Source: an uncultured Janthinobacterium sp. (GTDB taxonomy: Bacteria > Vulcanimicrobiota > Vulcanimicrobiia > Vulcanimicrobiales > Vulcanimicrobiaceae). From it: 15,225 nucleotides of DNA. Each line of letters opens with the position of its first letter. The first letter of the stretch is position 1. Where the stretch lies: the NCBI GenBank assembly GCA_964658025.1, contig CAZZXB010000074.1, positions 1 through 15,225 on the forward strand, in the 5' to 3' direction. A program made the position numbers and the translations under genes. Under the pieces are notes generated by a model. The model had not been told where the DNA came from. It saw nothing but the letters and a program-made list of their open reading frames with translations, and made no database searches. Positions 1-7,611 of the stretch are shown here, piece after piece.

Positions 1-45
1 GACTTCTTCGCTGTGGATTTTTTGGCCGTGGACTTCTTGGCGGTG
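1..45. repeat. Degenerate 15-bp tandem repeat (3 copies visible) encoding the STAKK peptide repeats
   Basis: Units gacttcttcgctgtg (1-15), gattttttggccgtg (16-30), gacttcttggcggtg (31-45); differences are at synonymous positions of the minus-strand frame. Confidence 0.8.
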
Positions 46-140
46 GCCTTTTTCTTGCGCGTCGTCTTACGACGCGGCGCGGCGGGTGCCGGCTCGGCGT
101 CGAGAACCGACGTGCCGAAGTCCGTGGTATCTGAGTCCAA
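1..140 (-). CDS. Histone H1-like / Lys-rich repeat nucleoid-type protein, 5' part only (truncated at left edge)
   Basis: Hand translation of the minus strand from TTG at 140: MDSDTTDFGTSVLDAEPAPAAPRRKTTRKKKATAKKSTAKKSTAKKS..., open to the window edge. GAGGAGG Shine-Dalgarno at 152..146, 5 nt before the TTG. Acidic N-terminus, then pentapeptide (S/A)TAKK repeats. Not in the ORF track. Confidence 0.8.
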   Translation of the reverse strand, partial: MDSDTTDFGTSVLDAEPAPAAPRRKTTRKKKATAKKSTAKKSTAKK

Positions 141-209
141 ATCGTCCTCCTCGTCCGCGTGGGACGATGCGATGTGTGGAACGTCGACGTGAGAAGTCAA
201 CGCGTTTGG

Positions 210-238
210 TTGCATCTTATACCTCGTCAGACTTTAAT
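210..238 (+). promoter_or_regulatory. Putative sigma70-type promoter toward topA, overlapping the opposite promoter
   Basis: Plus strand TTGCAT (210-215) - 17 nt - TTTAAT (233-238). It lacks the usually conserved A at -11. A second good -10-like hexamer TATACT lies at 316-321. Confidence 0.35.
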
Positions 239-242
239 GCAA
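214..242 (-). promoter_or_regulatory. Putative sigma70-type promoter for the H1-like gene
   Basis: Minus strand TTGCAT (242..237) - 17 nt - TAAGAT (219..214), in an AT-rich patch about 70 nt upstream of the TTG. Confidence 0.55.
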
Positions 243-377
243 GATTTAGAAGGTCGGAAGCGTACGCGCGCGGGCGAACGCGTCGTCCAAAAGATGCGTT
301 GCTTGACGACGGCGCTATACTGAGGGCGTTTTCGCCGGTTACCAAAGCGAACGCAGATTTCGAGACGGAGCACCCAT

Positions 378-2537
378 TTGAAGAAGCCGCTGATCATCGT
401 CGAATCGCCGACGAAGGCGCGCACCATCAAGAAATTCTTGCCGCCCCGCTTCGTCGTGAAGGCGTCGGTCGGCCACGTCCGCGACCTTCCGAAGAGCACG
501 CTCGGCGTCGATCTCGAGCACGATTTCGCCCCGCGTTACCTGACGATCAAGGGCAAGGGCGACGTCATCAAAGAGCTCAAAAGCGCCGTCAAATCGGCCT
601 CCGACGTGTTTCTCGCGACCGACCCCGATCGCGAAGGCGAGGCGATCGCGTGGCATCTCGCCGAGATCCTCAAGCTCGAGCAACCGCGTCGGATCGAACT
701 CCACGAGATCACGAAAGAAGCCGCGCTCCGCGCCATCGACGAAGCGCACGACATCGACATGGACCGCGTCAACGCCCAACAGGCGCGGCGCATCCTCGAC
801 CGCTTGGTCGGGTACAAGATCTCGCCGTTGCTCTGGGCCAAGGTCCGCGGCGGCCTCTCCGCCGGGCGCGTGCAGTCGGTCGCGGTCAAACTCATCGTCG
901 ACCGCGAGCGGGAGATCAAGGCGTTCGTCCCCCGCGAGTACTGGACGATCTCGGCCCTCCTCAATAAGACGGGCGACGAGCGCTCGTTCGGGGCGGAACT
1001 GTTCGAGATCGACGGCGAGAAGGTCGATATCACCAACGGCGGTCGCGCCGATCAGATCGTCGCCGATCTCGAATCGGCCGCGTTCCGCATCGCGTCGGTC
1101 AAGCAACGCGAGGTCCGTCGCAACGCCGCCGCGCCGTTCACGACCTCGACGTTACAGCAAGAGGCCTCGCGCAAGCTGAAGTTCCGCGTGCGCAAGACGA
1201 TGCAGACGGCGCAGGCCCTGTACGAGGGCGTCGACCTCGGGGCCGAGGGGACGCAGGGGCTCATCACCTACATGCGCACCGACTCGACGCGCACGTCCGA
1301 TTCGGCGCGCGAAGCGGCGAAGGCGTTCATCGACGAACGCTACGGTGCCGAATTTCACGGCGGCGCGAAGCAGTTCAAGATCAAAGAAGGCGCCCAGGAC
1401 GCGCACGAAGCGATCCGCCCGACGTCGGTGACGCGGACGCCCGAGTCGATGTCGGGGATCCTCAAGCGCGACGAACTCCGGCTCTACACGCTCATCTGGG
1501 AACGCTTCGTCGCGTCCCAGATGGCGGCGGCCGTCTACGACCAGACGTCGGTGGACATCGACGCGAAACCGATCCGCGGCAACGCCAAGTATCTCTTCCG
1601 CGCGACGGGGAGCGTCCTGAAATTCGCCGGCTACACGGCCGTCTACGAAGAGGGCAAGGACGACGTGCCCGCCGACGCCGCGGCCGCCGGTGCGAAGGGT
1701 GCGAAAGCGCCGCGCGTGTTGCTTCCGGCGCTCGCCGCGGAGGACGCGCTCGACAAGCAGAGCGTCGATCCGAAGCAGCACTTCACCGAACCCCCGCCGC
1801 GCTTCACGGAAGCGACGCTCGTGAAATCGCTCGAGGAGAACGGCATCGGCCGACCCTCGACGTACAGCTCGATCGTCGAGACGATCCAGGCGCGCCAGTA
1901 CGTCGAGCAGATCGATCGCCGCTTCCGGCCGACCGAGATCGGGATGTCGGTCAACGACCTGCTCGCCGAGCATTTCCGCGACATCATGGACCTGCAGTAC
2001 ACGGCGAAACTCGAGAGCGAACTCGACCAGGTCGAAGACAACAAGCTCGACTGGGTCGCGGTCCTGCGCCAGTTCTACGGCCCCTTCGAGATCGAACTCG
2101 AAGAGGCCGAACGCAAGCTCCCCAAAGTCGAACTCAAGGACGAACCGACCGACGAGATCTGCCCGAACTGCGAGCGACCGATGGTCATCAAGACGGGCCG
2201 TTTCGGTCGCTTCATCTCGTGCACGGGCTATCCCGAATGCAAGACGACGAAGCCGATCCTCAAAGACACGGGCGCGATCTGCCCCAAGGATGCGGGGAAG
2301 ATCGTCGAGCGCAAGTCCCGCCGCGGCCGGACGTTCTTCGGCTGCGCGAACTACCCGGCGTGCGATTTCGTCTCGTGGGATCGCGTCGTGCCCGAACCCT
2401 GCCCGATCTGCGGCGCGTACGTCGTCGCGAAATCGAAGCGCGGTCAGGTGAGCTTCGAATGCAGTAAGGACAGAGAGCACGACACCTCGGCGATCGCGAC
2501 CGCGCACGATCGCGAGGCGGAGCCGGTCGAAGCGTGA
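378..2537 (+). CDS. topA: Type IA DNA topoisomerase I
   Basis: TOPRIM motifs IVESPTKA, ASVGHVRDL, LATDPDREGEAIAWH; SAGRVQS; active-site GLITYMRTDS; GIGRPSTY; three C-terminal zinc-ribbon-like repeats (CPNC..C..C, CPKD..C..C, CPIC..C..H). TTG start with GGAG 8 nt upstream. Confidence 0.98.
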   Translation: MKKPLIIVESPTKARTIKKFLPPRFVVKASVGHVRDLPKSTLGVDLEHDFAPRYLTIKGKGDVIKELKSAVKSASDVFLATDPDREGEAIAWHLAEILKLEQPRRIELHEITKEAALRAIDEAHDIDMDRVNAQQARRILDRLVGYKISPLLWAKVRGGLSAGRVQSVAVKLIVDREREIKAFVPREYWTISALLNKTGDERSFGAELFEIDGEKVDITNGGRADQIVADLESAAFRIASVKQREVRRNAAAPFTTSTLQQEASRKLKFRVRKTMQTAQALYEGVDLGAEGTQGLITYMRTDSTRTSDSAREAAKAFIDERYGAEFHGGAKQFKIKEGAQDAHEAIRPTSVTRTPESMSGILKRDELRLYTLIWERFVASQMAAAVYDQTSVDIDAKPIRGNAKYLFRATGSVLKFAGYTAVYEEGKDDVPADAAAAGAKGAKAPRVLLPALAAEDALDKQSVDPKQHFTEPPPRFTEATLVKSLEENGIGRPSTYSSIVETIQARQYVEQIDRRFRPTEIGMSVNDLLAEHFRDIMDLQYTAKLESELDQVEDNKLDWVAVLRQFYGPFEIELEEAERKLPKVELKDEPTDEICPNCERPMVIKTGRFGRFISCTGYPECKTTKPILKDTGAICPKDAGKIVERKSRRGRTFFGCANYPACDFVSWDRVVPEPCPICGAYVVAKSKRGQVSFECSKDREHDTSAIATAHDREAEPVEA

Positions 2538-3916
2538 CCGCGCTGCGCGTCGTCGGCGCCGGTCTCGCGGGGTGCGAGGCCGCGTGGCAGGCGGCCGAGC
2601 GCGGGCTCGACGTCGAACTCTTCGAGATGCGACCGACGCTGCGCGGTCCCGCGCATCAGACCGATCGCTTCGCCGAGCTCGTCTGCAGTAATTCGCTCCG
2701 CGGGGCCGCGCTCGAGAACGCGGTCGGGTTGCTCAAAGAAGAACTCTTCCGCCTCGGATCGCTAATCGTCACGAGCGCGCGCGAGGCGGCCGTGCCCGCG
2801 GGCGGGGCGCTCGCCGTCGATCGCGAGCGCTTCTCGACGCTCGTCGAATCGCGGCTCGCGGCGCATCCGCGGATCGCGATCCGGCGCGAGCCCGTCGCCG
2901 CGCTCGATCCCGCGATCCCGACGATCGTCGCGTGCGGTCCGCTGCCGTCGGAGCCGCTCGCGGCGGCGATCGACGCGCTCTTGGCGCGCGTGCCGCTCGC
3001 GTCTCCGAGCGCGCGGCCGCGACTCCACTACTACGACGCCGCCGCGCCGATCGTCGCGACTGAGTCGCTCGACCTCGAACGACTCTACGCGAAGTCGCGG
3101 TACGACAAGGGCGACGGCGACGATTATCTCAACGTGCCGCTCGATCGCGAGCAGTACGCGACGTTCGTGAACGATCTGCGCGCGCTGCCGAAGCACGAAC
3201 CGAAATCGTTCGAGCTCGACGCCGCGGCGGGGAAGATCCCGTACTTCGAAGGTTGCCTCCCGATCGAGGAGATGGCCGCGCGCGGCGAAGACGCGCTGCG
3301 TTACGGTCCGCTCAAGCCCGTCGGTCTGCGCGATCCGCGGACGGGCGTCGCGCCGTACGCCGTCGTCCAGTTGCGTAAGGAGAATCTCGCGGCGACCGCC
3401 TACAATCTCGTCGGCTTCCAGACGCGGCTCACGTGGCCGTCGCAGAAAGAAGCGTTCGGCAAACTGCCGGGCTTCGCGAACGCCGAGTGGATCCGCCTCG
3501 GCGTGATGCATCGCAACTCGTTCGTCGACGCGCCGCGTTACTTGCTCCCCGATCTGCGCCTGCGCGGCGACGGCGCGTTCTGGTTCGCGGGCCAGATCAC
3601 GGGCGCCGAAGGCTACGTCGAGGCGGCCGCGTGCGGGACGATCGCCGCGCTCGCCGCGTCGCGGACGCTCCGCGGCGAATCGCCGCTCGTCGTGCCGGCC
3701 GATACCGCGCTCGGCGCGATCGTCGCGCATCTCCAGAACACGCAGACGGACGATTTTCAACCGTCCAACGTGAGCTGGGCGCCGTTCTCGCCGCTCGCGG
3801 GCAAGCCGATCCGCGACAAACGCGCGCGTCGCGCCGCGCTCGCGGAACGCGCGCTCGCGCGGCTCGACGCGTGGCGGGCGTCGCTCTCGGGCGAACTCGC
3901 GGGCGCGCGCTCCTGA
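2534..3916 (+). CDS. trmFO: FADH2/methylenetetrahydrofolate-dependent tRNA (uracil-54-C5)-methyltransferase
   Basis: GAGLAGCEAA FAD-binding start, ELVCSNS, YFEGCLPIE, YNLVGFQTRL, GVMHRNSF, AGQITGAEGYVEAAA; GTGA overlap with topA; classic topA-trmFO synteny. Confidence 0.97.
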   Translation: MTALRVVGAGLAGCEAAWQAAERGLDVELFEMRPTLRGPAHQTDRFAELVCSNSLRGAALENAVGLLKEELFRLGSLIVTSAREAAVPAGGALAVDRERFSTLVESRLAAHPRIAIRREPVAALDPAIPTIVACGPLPSEPLAAAIDALLARVPLASPSARPRLHYYDAAAPIVATESLDLERLYAKSRYDKGDGDDYLNVPLDREQYATFVNDLRALPKHEPKSFELDAAAGKIPYFEGCLPIEEMAARGEDALRYGPLKPVGLRDPRTGVAPYAVVQLRKENLAATAYNLVGFQTRLTWPSQKEAFGKLPGFANAEWIRLGVMHRNSFVDAPRYLLPDLRLRGDGAFWFAGQITGAEGYVEAAACGTIAALAASRTLRGESPLVVPADTALGAIVAHLQNTQTDDFQPSNVSWAPFSPLAGKPIRDKRARRAALAERALARLDAWRASLSGELAGARS

Positions 3917-4401
3917 CCGAACGCGGCGCGGCGACGTACGCGATCGACGTCGCGCGCGCGTCCGACGTCGCGGCGCTCGTCGCCCTGCACGTCCCGCTCA
4001 CCGAAGCCGCGCGACAGGCCGAGATCGTGCGCGAGAGCGTCGCCGCGGGCGGGTGTTTCGTGGCGCGCGACGGCGCGGCCGTCGCCGGATACGTCACGTG
4101 GGATCTCGGCTTCTTTCATCGCCCCTTCGTGCGCTTGCTCGCGATCGGCGAGGGGCATCGACGGCGCGGACTCGGCCGCGCGTTACTCGCGCGCGTCGAG
4201 ACGGCGGCCGCATCGCTCGGCGAACTCTTCGTCTCGACCGAGCACGTCAACGCGCCGATGCGCGCGCTGCTCGGGGCGATGGGCTACGCGCCGAGCGGTT
4301 CGATCGAGAACGTCAACGCCGCCGGAAATCCGGAACTCGTGTTCCACAAGCGTCTCGCGAACGATCGACCCGCCCGACGGGGGTCCGCGTCCGCCCCTTG
4401 A
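3913..4401 (+). CDS. GNAT-family N-acetyltransferase (start uncertain: CTG 3913 or GTG 3871)
   Basis: C-terminal half of ORF 3433..4401: [17 protein letters not shown], acetyl-CoA motif [25 protein letters not shown]. The upstream part of the listed ORF is an Arg-rich shadow of trmFO. Confidence 0.85.
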   Translation: MTERGAATYAIDVARASDVAALVALHVPLTEAARQAEIVRESVAAGGCFVARDGAAVAGYVTWDLGFFHRPFVRLLAIGEGHRRRGLGRALLARVETAAASLGELFVSTEHVNAPMRALLGAMGYAPSGSIENVNAAGNPELVFHKRLANDRPARRGSASAP

Positions 4402-5615
4402 ACACCCGGGACGTGCAGACCGCGGACATCCCGTTTCTCGACATCATCTCGGCCGAGTTCTCCGTCGACTCCGACGCGTTCCGCGACGCGCGCGCGAAGA
4501 GCTGGTACGCGCGGACGCCGCTCGGGTTCGCGATCCTACCCTACGAGACGTGCGTCGCGATGTTGCGCGACGAACGGCTCCATCAGGGCGTGAGCGTGAT
4601 CCTCGCGATGCGCGGCGTGTTCGACGGGCCGCTCGTCGCGTGGTGGAAGACGACGATGCTCAACCTCGACGGGCCCGATCACACGCGGCTACGACGGATC
4701 GTCTCGAAGGCGTTCACGCCGCCGATGGTCGCGCGTCTGCGACCGTACTTTCGCGCCACGGCGGAACGACTCGTCGACGCGATTCCGAGCGACGGCCGCT
4801 GCGAGTTCATGACGGCGTTCTCCGAACCGTATCCGCTCCAGGGGATCTGCGAGATGCTCGGGGTTCCGGCCGCTCGGCGCGAATCGTTCGCCGGTTGGGC
4901 CTCCGATCTCGGACTCATCTTCAGCAGTCGGATCGGCGAGCCCGCGACGCGCGCCCGCGCGGAGGGGGCGCTCCTCGCGTTGCTCGCGTGCGCCGACGAC
5001 GTGATCGCCGAACGCCGCGCGCATCCCAAGGACGATCTCGTCGGCGCGCTCATCGCCGCGGAAGCCGAAGGCGATCGGCTCTCGCAAGACGAGTTACGGA
5101 GCATGATCGTCGGTCTCGTGTTCGCCGGCAACGACACGACGCGGAACCAACTCGCGCTCGGCGCGATCGCGTTCGCGAAACATCCCGCGCAGTGGACGGC
5201 GCTCGGCGCACGGCCCGAACTCGCGCCGCGGGCCGTCGACGAGATGATGCGGCTCCATCCGACGATCGCGGTCGCCCCGCGCGTCGCCTCGGAGGACGTC
5301 GTCTATCACGGCGTGACGTTCAAGAAAGGTGCGGTCTTCCAGGTGTTTCTCGCGGCCGCGAACGTCGACGAGGACGTCTTCGGAGCCGCGCCGTTCGATA
5401 TCTCGGCCGAGCGTCCCGCATCGCATCTCACGTTCAGCGGCGGCATCCATCGCTGTCTCGGCATGTGGCTCGCGCGCGCGGAGATGGAAGAGGCGCTCCG
5501 CGTCCTCTCGTCGCGCTTCGCCGCGATCGAGCGCGACGGCAAGGCGACGTGGCAGACGGGGCTCGGCATCAACGGCCCGACGACGCTCCCGCTCCGTTTC
5601 GTCGGGCGCGGGTGA
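4398..5615 (+). CDS. Cytochrome P450 (405 aa from TTG 4398)
   Basis: [20 protein letters not shown]-helix AGNDTT, ExxR (EMMR), heme motif [17 protein letters not shown] overlap with the GNAT stop. Confidence 0.95.
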   Translation: MNTRDVQTADIPFLDIISAEFSVDSDAFRDARAKSWYARTPLGFAILPYETCVAMLRDERLHQGVSVILAMRGVFDGPLVAWWKTTMLNLDGPDHTRLRRIVSKAFTPPMVARLRPYFRATAERLVDAIPSDGRCEFMTAFSEPYPLQGICEMLGVPAARRESFAGWASDLGLIFSSRIGEPATRARAEGALLALLACADDVIAERRAHPKDDLVGALIAAEAEGDRLSQDELRSMIVGLVFAGNDTTRNQLALGAIAFAKHPAQWTALGARPELAPRAVDEMMRLHPTIAVAPRVASEDVVYHGVTFKKGAVFQVFLAAANVDEDVFGAAPFDISAERPASHLTFSGGIHRCLGMWLARAEMEEALRVLSSRFAAIERDGKATWQTGLGINGPTTLPLRFVGRG

Positions 5616-6157
5616 GCGGCGTGCGCGTGAAGATCCGCTCGACGACCATCCTCGCGGTACGGCGCGACGGCAAGCTCGCGATCGCGGGCGACGGCCAGGT
5701 GACGTTCGACAAGACGATCATGAAACACGGCGCGCACAAGGTGCGGCGCATCGCGGGCGGCACGGTCCTCGCGGGCTTCGCGGGGGGCGCGGCCGACGGC
5801 ATCACGCTGCTCGAGAAATTCGAAGCCAAGCTCGCCGAGTACAAGAACAACATCGTCCGCGCCGCGGTCGAACTCGCCAAGGACTGGCGTCAGGACCGGG
5901 CGCTCCGGCGACTCGAAGCGTTACTCGTCGTCGGCACGGCCGAGCATCTCTTCGTCATCAGCGGAAACGGCGACGTGATCGAACCCGACGAAGGCATCGC
6001 CGCGATCGGGAGCGGCGGTCCGTACGCGCAGGCCGCCGCCATGGCGCTCGTGCGCCACAGCTCGCTCGACGCGCCCGCGATCGCGCGCGCCGCGCTCGAG
6101 GTCGCGGGCCGGATCGACATCTACACGAACGACGACCTCATCGTCGAGACGGTGTAG
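5612..6157 (+). CDS. hslV: ATP-dependent protease peptidase subunit HslV (ClpQ/CodW)
   Basis: STTILAVRR (catalytic Thr codon at 5642), [55 protein letters not shown] starts possible at 5612, 5621 and 5627; 5612 overlaps the P450 stop. Confidence 0.96.
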   Translation: MSGVRVKIRSTTILAVRRDGKLAIAGDGQVTFDKTIMKHGAHKVRRIAGGTVLAGFAGGAADGITLLEKFEAKLAEYKNNIVRAAVELAKDWRQDRALRRLEALLVVGTAEHLFVISGNGDVIEPDEGIAAIGSGGPYAQAAAMALVRHSSLDAPAIARAALEVAGRIDIYTNDDLIVETV

Positions 6158-6199
6158 CGACCGATCGACCGTACCGAGGGCGACGCCGAGCCGCATCTC

Positions 6200-7588
6200 T
6201 TGCGGTCGATCGGGCTCTACGCGGCGATCGGCGTGATCGTCAGCAACGTCGTCGGTCAGGGCGTGTTCCTCAAGGCGCGCGCGATGACGTGCGACGTCGG
6301 CGCGCCGTGGCTCGTCATCGCCGCATGGGTCGTCGCGGGGCTCCTCTCGCTCGCGGGCGCGCTGACGATCGCCGAACTCGGCGCGCTGCGGCCGGAGTCG
6401 GGCGGTCCGTATGCCTTCCTGCGTCGCGCGTACGGCGAGATCGCCGCGTTTCCGTATGCCTGGCTGACGCTCGCGGTCGGTGCGCCCGCGTCGACCGCCG
6501 CGCTCGCCGCGGGGACCGCGATCTTCGCGCACGCCGTCGCGCCGAATCTCGTCGACGCGTTCGCGTTCGGGGTTCCGGGGTCGCCGTTCCATCTCGGTGC
6601 GACGGCGTCGTTCGCGGTCGCGATCACGCTCGTGCTCGCGGCCGTGAACGCGGCGCCCGCGCTCTTCAACGGCGGGTTCTCCACCGCGTTCGCCGCGCTC
6701 AAGATCGCGATGCTCGTCGCGATCCCGGCCGTGGCCTTCGCGTTCGGAAAGGCCGTGCCGACGCACTTCGCCGCCGTCGCGGGCGATGCGGCGTGCGACG
6801 GCGTCCCCTCCGGACTGCGCGGCGGCGTCGCGGGGTTCGCGGCCGCGCTCGTCGGCGCGCTCTACTCGTATCTCGGATGGGCGAGCCTGCCGATGATCGC
6901 GGGCGAGATCAAGCTCCCGAGGCGGAACATCCCGATCGCGCTCGCGACGAGCATGGCGGTGATCATGGTCGCGTACGTCGCGACGAACGCCGCGTATTTC
7001 GCCGTCCTCTCGCCGCACGAGATCGCGAGTCTGCCCGCGGGAACCTCGGTCGGCGTCGCGGCCGTCGAGCGCGTGTTCGGCGCGGGGGCGGGCCGCGTCT
7101 GCGCGGCGCTGCTGTTCCTGTCCGTGCTCTCGGCCTTGCACGTGACGCTCATGACGTGGCCGCGCGTGCTCTACGCGGCGGCGTGCGACGGAATGCTGCC
7201 GCGCGCGCTCGCGCACGTCTCGCGGGGCGCGCGGGTGCCGACGGTCGCGCTCGCGGCGCAGACGGTCGTGACCGTCGCGATGTTGTTCGTCGGATCGTTC
7301 GACACGCTGAGCGACGTGTACACGTTCGCGGCGTGGGTCGCGGCGGTGTTCATGATCTGCGCCGTCTTCGTCTCGCGTCGGCGAGAACCGGACGCCCTCC
7401 GTCCGTATCGCGTGATCGGCTACCCGCTCGTCCCCGCGCTCTTCGCGGCGGTCGGGGTGTGGCTCGTCGTGCAGACCGCGCTCGGCGACCCGCGCTCCGC
7501 GGCGCTCGGGCTCGGCGCGATCGCGCTCGGGTTCGCGGGGTACGCGATCCGCGCGCGTCTGCGGCGCGTGCCGACGAGGAGCCTCTGA
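6200..7588 (+). CDS. APC-superfamily amino acid permease (LAT/SteT-like)
   Basis: About 12 hydrophobic segments; LRSIGL start motif, TM1 VVGQGVF, AELGALRPESGGPYAFL, TM6 YSYLGW, GEIKLPRRNIP, RPYRVIGYPLVP. Start codon uncertain. Confidence 0.93.
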   Translation: MRSIGLYAAIGVIVSNVVGQGVFLKARAMTCDVGAPWLVIAAWVVAGLLSLAGALTIAELGALRPESGGPYAFLRRAYGEIAAFPYAWLTLAVGAPASTAALAAGTAIFAHAVAPNLVDAFAFGVPGSPFHLGATASFAVAITLVLAAVNAAPALFNGGFSTAFAALKIAMLVAIPAVAFAFGKAVPTHFAAVAGDAACDGVPSGLRGGVAGFAAALVGALYSYLGWASLPMIAGEIKLPRRNIPIALATSMAVIMVAYVATNAAYFAVLSPHEIASLPAGTSVGVAAVERVFGAGAGRVCAALLFLSVLSALHVTLMTWPRVLYAAACDGMLPRALAHVSRGARVPTVALAAQTVVTVAMLFVGSFDTLSDVYTFAAWVAAVFMICAVFVSRRREPDALRPYRVIGYPLVPALFAAVGVWLVVQTALGDPRSAALGLGAIALGFAGYAIRARLRRVPTRSL

Positions 7589-7611
7589 CGGCGTCGGCCG
7601 AAGCGACCGAG

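Noticed and set aside
303..321. TTGACG and TATACT as a -35/-10 pair for topA
   Set aside because: The spacer is only 7 nt; TATACT may still serve as a -10 on its own.
2280..2480. CPKD and C..H variants in the TopA zinc ribbons as evidence of decay
   Set aside because: Asp/His substitutions and degenerate last ribbons are common in TopA, and the frame and catalytic motifs are intact.
4053..5611. Long N-terminal extensions of the listed P450 (from 4053) and HslV (from 4550) ORFs
   Set aside because: They overlap upstream genes in other frames and have shadow-ORF composition; the 4-bp overlap starts fit family lengths.
5329..7584. 1222-aa ORF suggesting a giant fusion ending in the M20 peptidase
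   Set aside because: The first 750 or so residues are an Arg-rich alternative-frame read of the P450 end, hslV and the permease; peptidase-like sequence begins only at about 7585-7612.
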